64,000 bases of DNA from Camelus ferus (taxonomy: Eukaryota), in contig NC_045712.1 of assembly GCF_009834535.1 (NCBI RefSeq), positions 26,474,001 through 26,538,000 of the forward strand, read 5' to 3'. Within the stretch, counting starts at the first letter, position 1. Every line of letters begins with the position of its first letter. The notes beneath the pieces were generated by a model. The model searched no databases and had not been told where the DNA came from. It was given only the letters and a program-made list of their open reading frames with translations. Shown in pieces: positions 1 through 12,075 of this stretch. Position numbers and translations under genes: made by a program.

Positions 1-2103
1 TTGACTAAACTAATCCTTGGGATTCATTCTCCTGATTAAACAGACCAGTGAGTAACCTGGATATGAAATGGGTCCCAATATTTTTAATCATATTTAGAAT
101 TCCCTTGCTCTTTTTTTGCCATCTTCTGCTGTCTGATATTTAGGGGTCTAAATACTGTTAAATATTCATTCCCCTCACACAACATTCAACTCATGTTACT
201 GCTTCAGAAGGACACTGAAGTCCTCAGGGCCAATTTGGATGAGAGCTGATGAGAAGGGAGAAGTTCAGAAATTCTGGTGAGGGAAACAGTACAGACCTGG
301 TGTAATGATGATGAAGGTGCTTACAAAGGATACTGATAGATAGTCTTTATCCAGAGACAGCCTGACACAGATACCTGAACTAACTCCTAAAGTCCTCTGG
401 AGAATCTGTAACCAAGTGAAGTTGTATTATTTAATAATCCATCCACTTGCCCGAGGGCAGAATACTCTTAACTGGCTTCTTTGTTGGCTGCCATCAGCAG
501 CTTACTCACAGAAAACAAAAGCCACAATTTTCAAACTATCTACAGTTTTCCTTCTTCCCTCTCTACTTTTTCTTTTACATAAATCCTGTTTTTGCCTTTT
601 CCAGAGTCAATCAATTGTTGTTTTTCTTTGTATATAAGTAGAAGTTTTAAAATTATTCTTTGACAAGGGGAGGATTGGTCTTTGGCCTTCTGTTTTCTCT
701 CTGCATTTTCTCCCACGGTTAACTCTTCACTGACACATTTCTAACTAACACCGCTTTGAAACTCCCAAGCCTATCCTTATTCAACCACTAACAAGCCCGT
801 TCTGCTCGACTACTATCATCCCAAACTCACTACATTCCAAACTGAATCATTTTCTTTTTGAAGCCAACCTCTTAACCAATTCCCAAAACACACAAGTTGA
901 AACCAAAGAGCTGTTTTCAACTCTGTTAGAAAGTAAATGCGTTTTTGGCCTGATCCCCTGGATCCACAAGGAAGGGTTTCCCCCAAACACTGCTGGCCTC
1001 TTGCCACACCTTTTCTCCCCTGGCTGAAGCTTCAGGGACAGAGAGTCAGGCAACTGTAACACAGCTCCTTCTTCCTCCCTTATTTTGGGAACCATTGTCT
1101 GGATTCTGCTGCTCTGTGTTGAAACTTTTACAGTAGGCTCTGCCCTTTGGCAGGGGTGGAGGGATGAGTTTTATTCAAGGGAATATTAGGATCCAATGAT
1201 TTGGCAGAGAACATTAAAAAAAAAAAAAAAAAAAAAAAGACCAGATAAGGAATGTGGGGATCACACATCACATGTTAAGTTCAGGCTATGATGGGACCAG
1301 TGTTTGAGTCATTTCAAATGCTTTTCAAGTTGGCCATGTTGAATCTAAGGTCAACACTGGCCTTGGCCTTTGCACAGACTCACAGCCTTCCCTTGTGGGG
1401 CATCTGTAGACCCTAAGCAGCAGAGGGGAGTCTCAGTGAGCAGGCCTTGTGGAGGCACAGATTTGACTGTAGACAAGTCTTTCCCTATACAGGACTTTTA
1501 TATATCAGGGGAAAAAAAACCCCACTTATTTGGCCCTTTACTATATTTTTTTAGCTAGTTCAACAGGCCAGGGGCTTTAAATTGCAATTAAGTTCCACAT
1601 ATACTAAGGAACCCGTGTGTAAGCTCCAAACTTTAAATTGCTAGTCCCAGCCTAGCAGGCAGCATGGAACGGTTGTCCCAAATTCTACCCCTTATGTTGT
1701 TGTGAGCTAGACACAAGGCCAAAGCACAAAATGGGAAGAACGCATGCATTTTTTTCTACATGGATTAAAGGTCACTCCCCACCTGCTGGTATATTTTTGA
1801 AAAACTCTGGCCAGGGTTTTATAGTTCTGAGATTTACACTTCAGCTTCAATTGTAAAAGGGTGGTAAGTTTTATTTATAACAAAAAAGAAACAGTGCCCT
1901 TGTTACAAATAAAATATGCCATCTTCTTAGACTGAAGTAGAAAGAACATTCAATGAAATGACCACAGCCATGAAAGCTGAGAAGATAATGAGAAAGCCTG
2001 TGCCTGGAATACTATCTCGAGGGATCACACATGTTTAGGAAGTCCAGGACGAAAAGCAGATTAGGAGCCATCAGATTAGAAGCCATCAGATTAGGAGCAG
2101 GAT

Positions 2104-2245
2104 GGGCAGGGTACAGCTCAGTAGTAGAGTGCCATGCCTAGCATGCACAAGGTCCTGGGTTCAATACCCAGTACCTCTGCTAAAAAAAATTAATTAATAA
2201 AACCTAATTATCTCTCTCTTCCCAAGGAAAGAAAAGAAAAGAAAA
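2104..2245 (+). mobile_element. tRNA-derived camelid SINE (Vic-1-like)
   Basis: A-box TAGCTCAGTAGTAGAG-like and B-box GGTTCAATAC, A-rich tail, flanked by AGATTAGGAGCAG direct repeats. Confidence 0.85.
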
Positions 2246-2283
2246 GATTAGGAGCAGTGCAAGAACAAAAACAAAGGAAGAGA

Positions 2284-2417
2284 GGGGTAAGGGTATACCT
2301 CAAGTGGTAGAACGCATGCTTAGCATGGACAAGGTCCTGGGTTCAATCCCCAGTACCTCCTCTAAAAATAAATAAACCTAATTACCTATCCCTTGCCAAA
2401 ATAAAAATAAATAAATT
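2284..2417 (+). mobile_element. tRNA-derived camelid SINE (Vic-1-like)
   Basis: GGGTATACCTCAAGTGGTAGAACGCATGCTTAGCATG...GGTTCAATCCCCAGTACCTCC, A-rich tail, 17-bp TSD AAAAACAAAGGAAGAGA. Confidence 0.88.
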
Positions 2418-4559
2418 AAAAACAAAGGAAGAGAGAGATTTTATTAAGAGAAAGCTGATATCCTGGAAAATAACTGAGACAAATCTCCAGGGCCTGGCCC
2501 TGGAGGCTCACTTTCTCCCCCACTTTCCACCAGCAGACGGCTGGCCCCACAGGTTTTCCTCCTGACAACAAAATGTTGGGAATTTGACACAGCATTGTAA
2601 AATGACTATAACTTAATTTAAAAATGTTTTAAAAAATTTAAAAAAGGTAGAAAACTAATTTCACTTGGCTAAAAAAAAATGTTGGAAACTCAACTCTTCT
2701 AGAAAGCTGTACAGGAACAGAAAAATGCCAAAAATGAAGTGTCTGGAAGAAATGATACTTCTCACCTGACACATCCAGAAGCTGAGTACAGTATCTTGAG
2801 GAACACATGGCAGAGGTCTTGATTCTCACTTGGTCCCTGGAAGAACAATCTTCAGAAGAACAGCAGCTTCAGGTGAAAAACCTGCAGAGAGTGATTCTCA
2901 ACTGAAATGTGCGGGGTCAAGGAACACCTCCCCTCCTCCTCACACCCCTTCAGTAGGCAGGTGTCCTGGACCTGAGCAACTCCTGGAACACTGAGAAGGC
3001 AGTGGCCCCTGAGGACTGCTCACAGTGGGCTAGGGAAGCTGTGACATTAGAGCCCACCCTCAATGCAGCCCTGACATGCCAGAAACACAGAACCCAAAGG
3101 GGAGAAGATATTAAGTAATTCAAATATGCTGGATGAAAAAGAAAGGCACCTCAAAGAAGACCTGGTTGGGGCTGCCACTACTGCTGTCAATTAACACTCC
3201 AAGATGGCAGCATCGTCTTAAATACCACTGTCTAGACACAAGACTGGACACAGGTAGATGCCCCTCAGGATAGAACAAACTTCAAGTCATAATTAACCTC
3301 TTAATGGGTGATTCTCCCAACTGAGTTCACAAGCTGGAGACAATAACTGGTATAGAATTACTTGAGTCCCAGCAAAATCAAATCAAGACCTTTTCAGCCT
3401 ATTCACCTTCCCTCAGACATCACTGACTGTCAGGGTCTTTTGACAGGTTTCTAGTGACAAAACTTTCCCTGGCATCTGCTAGGGGCTGGGGATTGGCCTG
3501 CTTTCTAAATTTTGAGGATGTAGGGCCAAGCTTTGAAAATTTTATATGTCCTGGTAACTATTTAGATTCTTTGTGTTGTTGCAATTGTTTAAAGTGCAGC
3601 TTAAAAGCAACCAGGCATTGAACCTGGATATCAGTTAGAAGGCAGGTGCATTAGGCTTTCACACTAAGATACATCATTCTCCAACAGCTTCATCAGCATT
3701 GATTAAACTGACATTCGGTCTCCACCTGCCTGCCATTTCTCTATTTCTGTTGGTTCCGAGTCTGAGTTTAGAAAAAGGGTGTTATTTATTGAGTCTCCCC
3801 CTAGATCACATCTGCCCTTACTTTCATTATATAGGCATATTGTTGAAGACAGTCAAAGCAACCATAAAATATAGAACCAAAGCCTTCCACAGTGTGCGTA
3901 AGACTGACAAAATGTGAACTAATGACCATGGCCTAAAAATCAGCAAAATCCCACAGCCCAAAGATATGTTAAAGAAGATAAAGGTAAGAAACAAAGTTGG
4001 ACTTTGTGCATTTGGAAAATAAGACTGAAACCAGATGTCTGGTCAGTGGCACATGGTAAGTTTACTCTCACCCTCTAAAGGCAGAAATGGACATGTACCT
4101 TCACTAGCCAGACAGGTAAGAAATGGACCTTTCTAAACACACCTTGTGGAAACAAGCTGCCAGAACCACACACCCTCCTTCTAACATTCCAGGAGTGCAA
4201 CACCTGTTTATGCAGGCACAAAGTCAGTTTAAAAATTTTTTTAAAATTTGTAACAGTTATAGTTTATTTTCACTCATCTCAGATTCAGTGATTCTCTCCA
4301 AGAAAAAAAATTTACCACTCTTACTCAACCTGAAACACTGTACCCTCTCCATACATCAGACGACACACCAGGAATCACCCCCAGTTCTCATCTGCTCACC
4401 CTGGACTGTTTTACTAGACTCCAAGGTAACCCCACCCCACATCCTACCCTAAATTCCTTAGCGACATGTTCAGGGGCCTTACTAGTTTCCCTCAGGCTTA
4501 TGTACACCTGCTTTCCAGCCAAGAATCCTCCCTCACCAATCCCATACGGCTGCCTCTAA

Positions 4560-5420
4560 CCTCGTGACCCAACGCACAAGATTTCTGCCCGCCGCGTCCT
4601 TCCGACAAATACTGGGCACCAACCATGTGCCAGGCACTACCCTAGACAAATAACAGAAAGGTCGAGTTGGGCAAGGTCCATTCCGGTGGCTGCGCTGGCG
4701 GGCACGCCCATTGCCAGGCTGCCACCCTGAAAAGTCCATCCTGTCCTCTCTGCGGCACCTCCCCGCGCAGGGCCGCCAGACCGGCCCTCCCTCCCGCCTG
4801 AGGGCGCCCGAGCTGGGCTCGGAGGGGCATCTCCCGCCCGAGCCGGCTTCATCTCCTCTGGTCTGGGGCAAGTGGTGGAGAGAGACAACCGACGGAGAGA
4901 GACAAGTGACACCGGCAAGCCGGCCCTCCTGCTACACGGCCTCCAGGACTGGTTGCAAACACCCTAATCCCGCGCTGACTGGCCCGTGACCTCACGGCAA
5001 GGACCCCGCGGCGGGCTGCCCGGCCGAACGCCTGAAAGACCCTGCTTGGGCCTCAAGGCTAGCTATCGCAGTGCCTGTCGGCCGGGCCCTGCGGCGGGAG
5101 GCCCAGGTGACTAGAACCCGAACTCCAGCTGGCCTGGGGCTCCGATTAGCCCAGAATCTGGGTGGTCTTAGGCCGCGGTACAAGGGGCCGGGGTCGTGGG
5201 GCTGCAGGCCTAGATCTATGGAGGGGCAGCAAGGCGACGGGTGGTGGCAAGAGCTGAGGCTGTGAACAGCGGGGACTAGGGAGCGGGGCCTCAGGTGTTG
5301 GCGGCCGGAAGCCGAGTTGAGGGGTTGCAGGTCCCAGACGCGCTTGGGAGGATGAGGGGGCGTGGCTGGTGTCCTCCAGGAAGCAGAGGAATGGGCACCT
5401 CTGTTGTTGGGGCACACGCC
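4560..5420 (+). promoter_or_regulatory. CpG island / probable NME6 promoter and non-coding first exon
   Basis: GC- and CpG-rich block about 2.1 kb upstream of the first coding exon. Contains a CCGGAAG ETS-type motif near 5306 and a candidate donor CAG|GTGACT at 5107. Exact exon 1 not determined. Confidence 0.7.
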
Positions 5421-5609
5421 TAGGCAACTTACAATATTGTAAAATTGTTAAATGGAGTGACTTCTAAGTTGAGTAAGTTTCTCGACGTGTCAACATTTGT
5501 TATAAACCAGGAGCCAAGACAGGCATAAGTTAGCTGCCAGGAAGAAAGGAACCAGGTTCTCCCCTGGAGAGCTCCTAGCAGCCTGGCCTTGGGATAGCTG
5601 GATCAGATT

Positions 5610-6280
5610 CATTCAACAAATACTGTTGAAAGCCATCTATGTGCTAGGCACTCTGCACGAATACAGAGATTACGATGGTGTGTAAAAGAGTTACCCGCTT
5701 TCATGGAGCTGACCTTCTAGTGGGAAAGAGATAGCTGAAGAAAACGTGTAAGGAGCCATGAGAACTTAAAACAGGGGAAGTGAGCTAAGATCTAGTGGGT
5801 GAGAAGGAGGTAACCAGAGGAAGTACATTTAGGACTGTGAAAACTTCTCATGCAAAGGCTGTCAGGTCAGAAAATCTTGGAGCTGTAAGGCCCACGAAGC
5901 TGGAGCAAAAGCAAGTTAAGCAGTGTGGAGTTCCAGAGGAGGCTAGAGAGGTACACAAGGATCAGATCATGCAAAGCCCAGTAGGACATGATAAGGATTT
6001 GAGGTTTTATCATAAGAGCAGGGTACATTTTAAAGGGTTGAGGAGGGAAATGATGTGATTAGATTTGCATTTTTAATTCACTGTGGCTGCTATGTGGAGA
6101 ACAGACTAGAGGGTGGCAAGAGTAGAAACTAGAAGACCATTGAAGAGGCTGTTGAAGTCCAGGGAGTGGGGTGGCAGTTGAGAGGGAGAGAATTGTATGG
6201 ATTTGAGATACATTGACTAGGTAAAATTGCCAGAACTTAAGTGATAGTGTGGATATGGAGGATGAGGAGGGGGAGGTGTC
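5610..6280. mobile_element. L2 LINE fragment
   Basis: CATTCAACAAATAC...CTATGTGCTAGGCACT and GATTTGCATTTTTAA...GGCTGCTATGTGGAGAACAGACT L2-like motifs. Confidence 0.55.
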
Positions 6281-7536
6281 AAAGATCTCTCTCCCCAGAT
6301 ATGTGGCAGATTCTGCTTGCTTTTAGGTTACTCACCACCTGGGATATTAGGGACAGTGGGTTGGCTGATCTTGTACTGGTTAGACTGGGCTTAGCTTTGT
6401 GGTTTGAGTGCAGCATCAAGCTGAATGCTGTCGAAAAGACATGAGTAGGAAAGACCTTGGCATAGTTTCTCTGGGCCAGACCCTAGCACCACCTTTAGTG
6501 TGGTAGCTACTTTAATTGTCAGGCTACTCTTGGGCTCAGAGAAATGAGACAGTTGCCCAGACTCTGTCCCTGTGTGTGTTATGGAAGCCTTCTCTGTATT
6601 TGTTGGCCAATTTAGGGGTTCCACCAGACAGTCTTTTTGAGACCTACTCCTTAGTCCTGCAGAGATGATCAATTTCTTACATGTAAATAAAATTTCAAAG
6701 TTGGAAGAGATCTCAAGTTCTCTTAGTCCAGTTTATAAAATTCTTTTGTTTTTTTACATCATTTCCACGATTATTTAAGCTCTTACATCATGATTAGACA
6801 CTAGAAATACAGAGATAAATAGAGTAAGACTATATAGGTTCACTTCATTAATAAAATTGATTAAGCACCTTTGCACCAGACAGTCTGAGCTGCTTCACAT
6901 ACAAAATGGTTACAACTTGTCCTTGACCTTGGAGTTACATGTCTGCCAGCCTTGCCATTGAGGACAGTTGAATGTATTAAAGGGTTTGATTTGGGCAGGG
7001 AAATCCTAGCCTGTTTGTAAGATTAGATAAGAGATGGTAGGTATCCAGGAGACTTTTTTGGAGGTATTCTGGCAACATCCCAATTCTGGTCCATCCCATC
7101 TTCCAGTTTCAGAATTGATGGGGAGCACTGTGGGATAGAGGGCCTTAGAAATGGAAACAGTTATTGGATCCTTTGTAGCCAGGCTGTTTAGGAATGTAAA
7201 TTGTAAATCCTCTGTAAAACACAAAAGAAAGTTAGGAAGGGGAGGGAATATTGACAGAGACAAGTTGTGTTTAAACTCGAACTTCTTCTGAATGGGTAAC
7301 TCCTTCCTAGGTTTAGAGTTGCATAAATCAGATTATGTGCTCTACTGGGCAACTTGAATGGCCCCTCCACCACTCTCTTCCCTCAATCCCATAAGCAATA
7401 AAATACAAAGTAACTTTCAAGTGCCAGTGTCAGGAGCGCTGGCTAGCTTTGCAAGGCAGCATGGCTCCAGAGTAGGAAGGGTGGGGAATGCAGCACTGAT
7501 GGGTCCCTAATCTGGCTCTCTGATGGCAGGAGGGAG

Positions 7537-10500
7537 ATGACCTCAATCTTGCGGAGTCCTCAGGCTCTCCAGCTCACTCTGGCCCTGATCAAGCCTGATG
7601 CAGTTGCTCACCCACTGATTCTGGAGGTAAGAACAAGAACTAAGCCTCTACAGTATGCCCTGGGCATTGCTTCTGTTTGAGGTGCCATGGGGCCATTTGT
7701 GAAGACTGACAACATAGTCCTGGGTTGTGTCACAGTCCTGTGACCGAAAAAGACTAAAAATCTGTTGGAGAATTGGGGCAGATATAAAATAGAAGAAAGG
7801 ATCCAATACAATAAGAACCAAACCTCAAGACAATGTATGTACATTAGTTCTCTATTGGTGCATAACAAATTACCACAAGCTTAGAAGCTTAAAACAACAC
7901 TCATTATCTCACAATTCTAGAATTTAGAGGTCCAGTAGACTTGGCTGGGTTCTCTCCTTAGGGTCTCACAAGGCCAAAGTCTATGGATCAGCTGATTAGG
8001 CCCTTATCTAAAAGGTTTGAGGAAGAATCCACTTCTAAACTCATTCTGGTTGGCAGAAGTTGGTTTCTGTGGTTATAGAACTGAGGTCCCCATGTCCTTG
8101 CTGGCCTTCTAGTGGGGATTACTCTCAGTTTTTAAGAGACCACTCACATTCCTTATCACCCAGCTCACTCCATCTTCAAGATAACAACAGTGCCATCTCA
8201 TGCTTTTAATCACTGACTTCTCCTTTAGCCCCCAGCTAGATAAAACTCTGCTTTTATACAGCTCATGTGATTACTTAGGCCCATCTGGATAATCTCCCTT
8301 TTGATTAAAGCATTTTCCTTTTTGTTTGTTTGTTTATTTTTGTTTTTGGAGGTGAGAGATAATTAGTGGGTTTTTTTTTTTTTTCAATGGAGGCGCTGGG
8401 GATTGAACCCAGGACCTCATGTATGCTAAGCAGGCACTCTACCACTGAGCTATACCCTCCCCCCTTGATTAAAGCAAAGTCAACTGATAGTAGTAACCTT
8501 AACTACACATCCCTTTTGCCATGTAATGTAACAATAAAATATTGCATCCCATTCAGAGTCCTGGAGATTAGGGTGTGGAATCTTGGTGGGGCTGGGGGAG
8601 GGTCCTTTTAGGATTCGTCCTAAGTACTAGCTGAGCAGCATGGTTAAGTAAGCTTACTGTGGTGCAGGGGGAGAAGGGAGCAGTCAGGAACAGTGGTCTG
8701 TGAGTGCTGGGACTTGACCAGGCCTCAGCGGAAGGGTGGACTTTGGTTACTACATAGGAGTAGGTGTTCCACAGAAGGGAGATGCTGTGTGTTGGGTCTC
8801 AGGGCCACAGGCAGGCTGGGTTGATGGGACCAGAGAACCGGAAGTGGTGGAGGGCAAGGAAAAGTGCAGCCTTGAGCATTGGCCTTAAGTGGTTGTGCAT
8901 CATTCCATTAAAAAGAGGAACCACTCAAAAGCTTCTGACCAGAGTATGAAATATAAATTATGGTGTTTTTAATCTATCAAGTGTGATGGTTTGGGGAGAG
9001 TGGGAGAAACTCAAGGCAAGACCACTATCAAGAGATTTTATGACAGTCTGAATGATGGATTCTGTCAGAACGGAGTGGCAGAGACAGCACTTCCTGCCCC
9101 TCCACCCGAGGCTCATGCTCTAGCTCTGGGACTGAAGGTCTTCACATCACTCCACCTTCTTTTTCTTCTGACCCACCAGTGGGACCCTCATGTCTTGGGC
9201 TCTGAAGGTCCTCATGGTCCTTTTGATCAGCCTGAGTCTTCCATCCACTCAAATGGTCCCTCTGACTGACTTTTCTCTTTGCGGTGGTGTTTATCCAGGC
9301 TGTTCATCAGCAGATTCTGAGCAACAAGTTCCTTATTGTACGAATGAGAGAACTTCTGTGGAGAAAAGAAGATTGTCAGAAGTTTTACCAAGAGCATGAA
9401 GGTATGACCAACAGTCCTCTGAAGGGGAGGCTTCTCTATCCTAAGGGAGACTTTACCTGGACACACAATGTCAGGCTCTCTGACTGACCAACCATAAAGC
9501 TGCAGCCAGTCTTCTGAAGTCTTGATTTATATACAAACCTTTCATGATTATCAATATTTTTAAAATGTTTTCTAGAAGGGTTCTGCCTCATGGTCCCAAA
9601 AAGAAACTTAAGTTTTATGTCCTGCTAGTACCACTAGTTAACAGTTTACTCTATCAGACATTGTTTGAAGGCCCATGATTTCATTTAGTTCCCCAGCAAC
9701 CCCATGAGGTAGAGATCCTTATGTCCCCAGCACACATATTAGGAAACTGAGTTGGGGAAGTTAATGACTTACCCGAAATCACACAGGTTGTTAAATTGTG
9801 GAGAGCCTGGATTCAGACCCAGGTATGTCAGACTCCCAAGGTCCTTGTTCTTTTCTCTAAAACAATTTTTATTATTCCAAGTAGGAAGGCAGAAGTATAA
9901 AAAGCTCTCTTGGACACCAGTGTCTTGATGAAGGTACTCTCTCTCTGCAGGGCGCTTTTTCTATCAGCGGCTGGTGGAGTTCATGGCCAGGTACTTATCA
10001 CTTTTGTTCCAACGTCTTCATCCACTGAGACTTATCTCCCCTGCCCCTAAACAGATTTGTTAATTTCATCTGCCGCTCTTTAAAGTTGTAACCAGTGTCA
10101 TGTATCTGAAGAAATATGGGCTTGGGCCAAAACTGACCAGGTGGCCACCTGTCCTGTGGTGGTTACTTGTCCAGGGCCTGTAGAAGAGTATTGTTGAATG
10201 CTGCCTAGCAACTCTGCTGACCTCCATGGCCTTTCTTGTTCATCACCTTCTATTTGAAGCAGCATTGGCACTTGGCTAGAAAAGCAGGATACTCAGGATG
10301 TCCAGTGTGCCTTTATTCCTGCTCTGCTCACAGCGTGCCCTCCTAGGCCCAATAGCCAGATTCCTGACATGTGCTCCATTTGTTCACAGTGGGCCAATCC
10401 GAGCCTACATCCTCGCCCACAAGGATGCCATCCAGCTCTGGAGGACGGTGATGGGACCCACCAGAGTGTTTCGAGCACGCCACGTGGCCCCAGATTCAAT

Positions 10501-10992
10501 TCGTGGGAGTTTTGGCCTCACTGATACCCGTAACACAACCCATGGCTCTGGTGTGTTTGCCTCCTGTGTCCACAGCACTAACGAGGGAAGTTGGTCTGTG
10601 GTTGGTGGGCAGGCCGTATGGCAGGGCTGAGAGCCAGGTTCCCCAGTGAGCTTTCTTCCCAGTTGTGTTTCTGGACCTTTGTGGCCATCTCAGCAGATGG
10701 GACCCCAGGACTATGGCAGGCAGGAGAAGTCAGGGTTCAGGTTTCTGAACCTGATTATGACTGCCTCTTGCCTCCATCCTGCACTCCCTATGAGAACCCC
10801 TTCTCTTTTTCACCTCTCCTTACAGACTCTGTGGTTTCAGCCAGTAGAGAGATTGCAGCCTTCTTCCCGGACTTCAGTGAACAGCGCTGGTATGAGGAAG
10901 AGGAGCCCCAGTTGCGCTGTGGCCCAGTGCACTACAGCCCAGAGGGAGGCATCCACTGTGCAGCTGGAAAAGGAGGCCCAGGGCCAGCCTGA
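7537..10992 (+). CDS. NME6: Nucleoside diphosphate kinase 6 (NME/NM23 family member 6); coding exons 7537-7626, 9299-9401, 9951-9990, 10390-10550, 10826-10992; 186 aa
   Basis: Manual splicing with GT-AG at every junction gives 90+103+40+161+167=561 nt = 186 aa + TGA. Sequence: MTSILRSPQALQLTLALIKPDAVAHPLILE/AVHQQILSNKFLIVRMRELLWRKEDCQKFYQEHEG/RFFYQRLVEFMAS/GPIRAYILAHKDAIQLWRTVMGPTRVFRARHVAPDSIRGSFGLTDTRNTTHGS/DSVVSASREIAAFFPDFSEQRWYEEEEPQLRCGPVHYSPEGGIHCAAGKGGPGPA. The NDK active-site motif N-x-x-H-G-S-D is intact. Confidence 0.97.
7835..8615. mobile_element. MaLR (MLT1-type) LTR, interrupted by SINE
   Basis: Characteristic ...ATAACAAATTACCACAAGCTTAGAAGCTTAAAACAACAC...TTATCTCACA start and MLT1-like body, by recall. 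Confidence 0.65.
8313..8464 (-). mobile_element. tRNA-derived camelid SINE in NME6 intron, nested in a MaLR LTR
   Basis: Minus strand GGGGGAGGGTATAGCTCAGTGGTAGAGTGCCTGCTTAGC...GGTTCAATCCCCAG; TSD TTGATTAAAGCA at 8301-8312 and 8465-8476. Confidence 0.88.
9670..9860. mobile_element. MIR SINE
   Basis: GGAAACTGAG...GGAAGTTAATGACTTACCCGAAATCACACAG core. Confidence 0.55.
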
Positions 10993-11327
10993 GGCAGGCC
11001 CATCGGTCCGTGAAGACTGGTGGCACTGCCCAGCCTGTTCTCCTAGACCTCTGCTCCAGAGCATTCTCCTAGGACCAGGGAGACCTGGGGCATGGTGCCA
11101 TCTCTGCGAGGCACAACTACCTGTGTAAGGGCCTAACTCCTCACTGCCACCTCTTCTAGAATCTAACTCTATCTACCTCTTGTCTGGAATGTTCATGAGT
11201 GGTTCAGAGGAATGATGGCTCCTCTTTTCTAAGAACTGTTCATCCTTTTTCCAGGAATAACTTGCCCAATTGACTTGCCTGAAAAGTGAAGTGACACTGT
11301 ATTAACAACATTTGGCCTATTTTCCTT

Positions 11328-11333
11328 AATAAA
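11328..11333 (+). terminator. Probable NME6 polyadenylation signal
   Basis: First AATAAA after the NME6 stop codon, about 335 nt downstream. Confidence 0.6.
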
Positions 11334-11699
11334 AGTCAGTGTTCTACTGAATCCTCAAGGTTGGGAGCACTACTCTAGGTGCTGTCTCTCCTTAACTGGA
11401 GTAATTAAACCTATCCTGAAGCCAAGTTTCTAGTCTGTGCTAAATGAAGAGAAAGTCGTGTAGAAACCTCCCCAGGATTCACACACATAGTGTGCAGCTT
11501 ATGTAGTGCATAAAAGTATCCAGTGCCGGAGCTGAATGTGGGCTCAAATCCATGCTGTGCACAGGGCTGCATCCTGAAAGAAGGGGCACCTTTTGTTTGG
11601 ACAAAGGTACGTCTGCCCAGGAGAGGCATGTTATGACTCTTTTTTTTCCTGATTTGCTCAAAACCACTAAAGGTAGCCACATCTCTGTTGTAACTGAGG

Positions 11700-12075
11700 A
11701 TGACCTGTTATCACTTCCAATCACCTCAAAATTTTGTGGCTTAAAACAATAATCATTTATTCTTATGTGTCTGTAGATTGCCTGGGTGGTTCTGCTGGGC
11801 TCACTTGGATTCATTCATGTGGCTGCATTCAGCAGTTGGGATCCAACGTGGTCTTCCATCCCGAGCTGCTTCACAGCATGGTTGTTTCAGGGTTCCGAGA
11901 GGGCAAGCCCCCATTCACAAGCTTATCAAGCTTCTGCTTGTGTCATGTTTGCTAATATCCCATGGGCAAAAGCAGGTCACATGGCCAAGCCCAGAGTCCA
12001 TGTGGGAAGTAACTGCACAGAGCATGATACTGGGGGGTGTGAATCATTGGGTGCCATTACCATTATAGTCTACAA
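11700..12075. mobile_element. MaLR (MLT1-type) LTR
   Basis: ...AATCACCTCAAAATTTTGTGGCTTAAAACAATAATCATTTATT...GGTCACATGGCCAAGCCC pattern. Confidence 0.55.

Noticed and set aside
1-4500. SPINK8 exons expected upstream of NME6 by synteny; possible ERV or processed-pseudogene remnants at about 200-2000 and 2690-3700
   Set aside because: No Kazal-domain cysteine pattern and no recognisable protein in any frame I translated. An exon-like stretch near 3836-3897 matched nothing I know.
10551-10825. ORFs reading through NME6 intron 5 (10298-10630, 10591-10992) as alternative isoforms
   Set aside because: Open frames in a short GC-rich intron are expected by chance, and canonical splicing already gives the full 186-aa protein.
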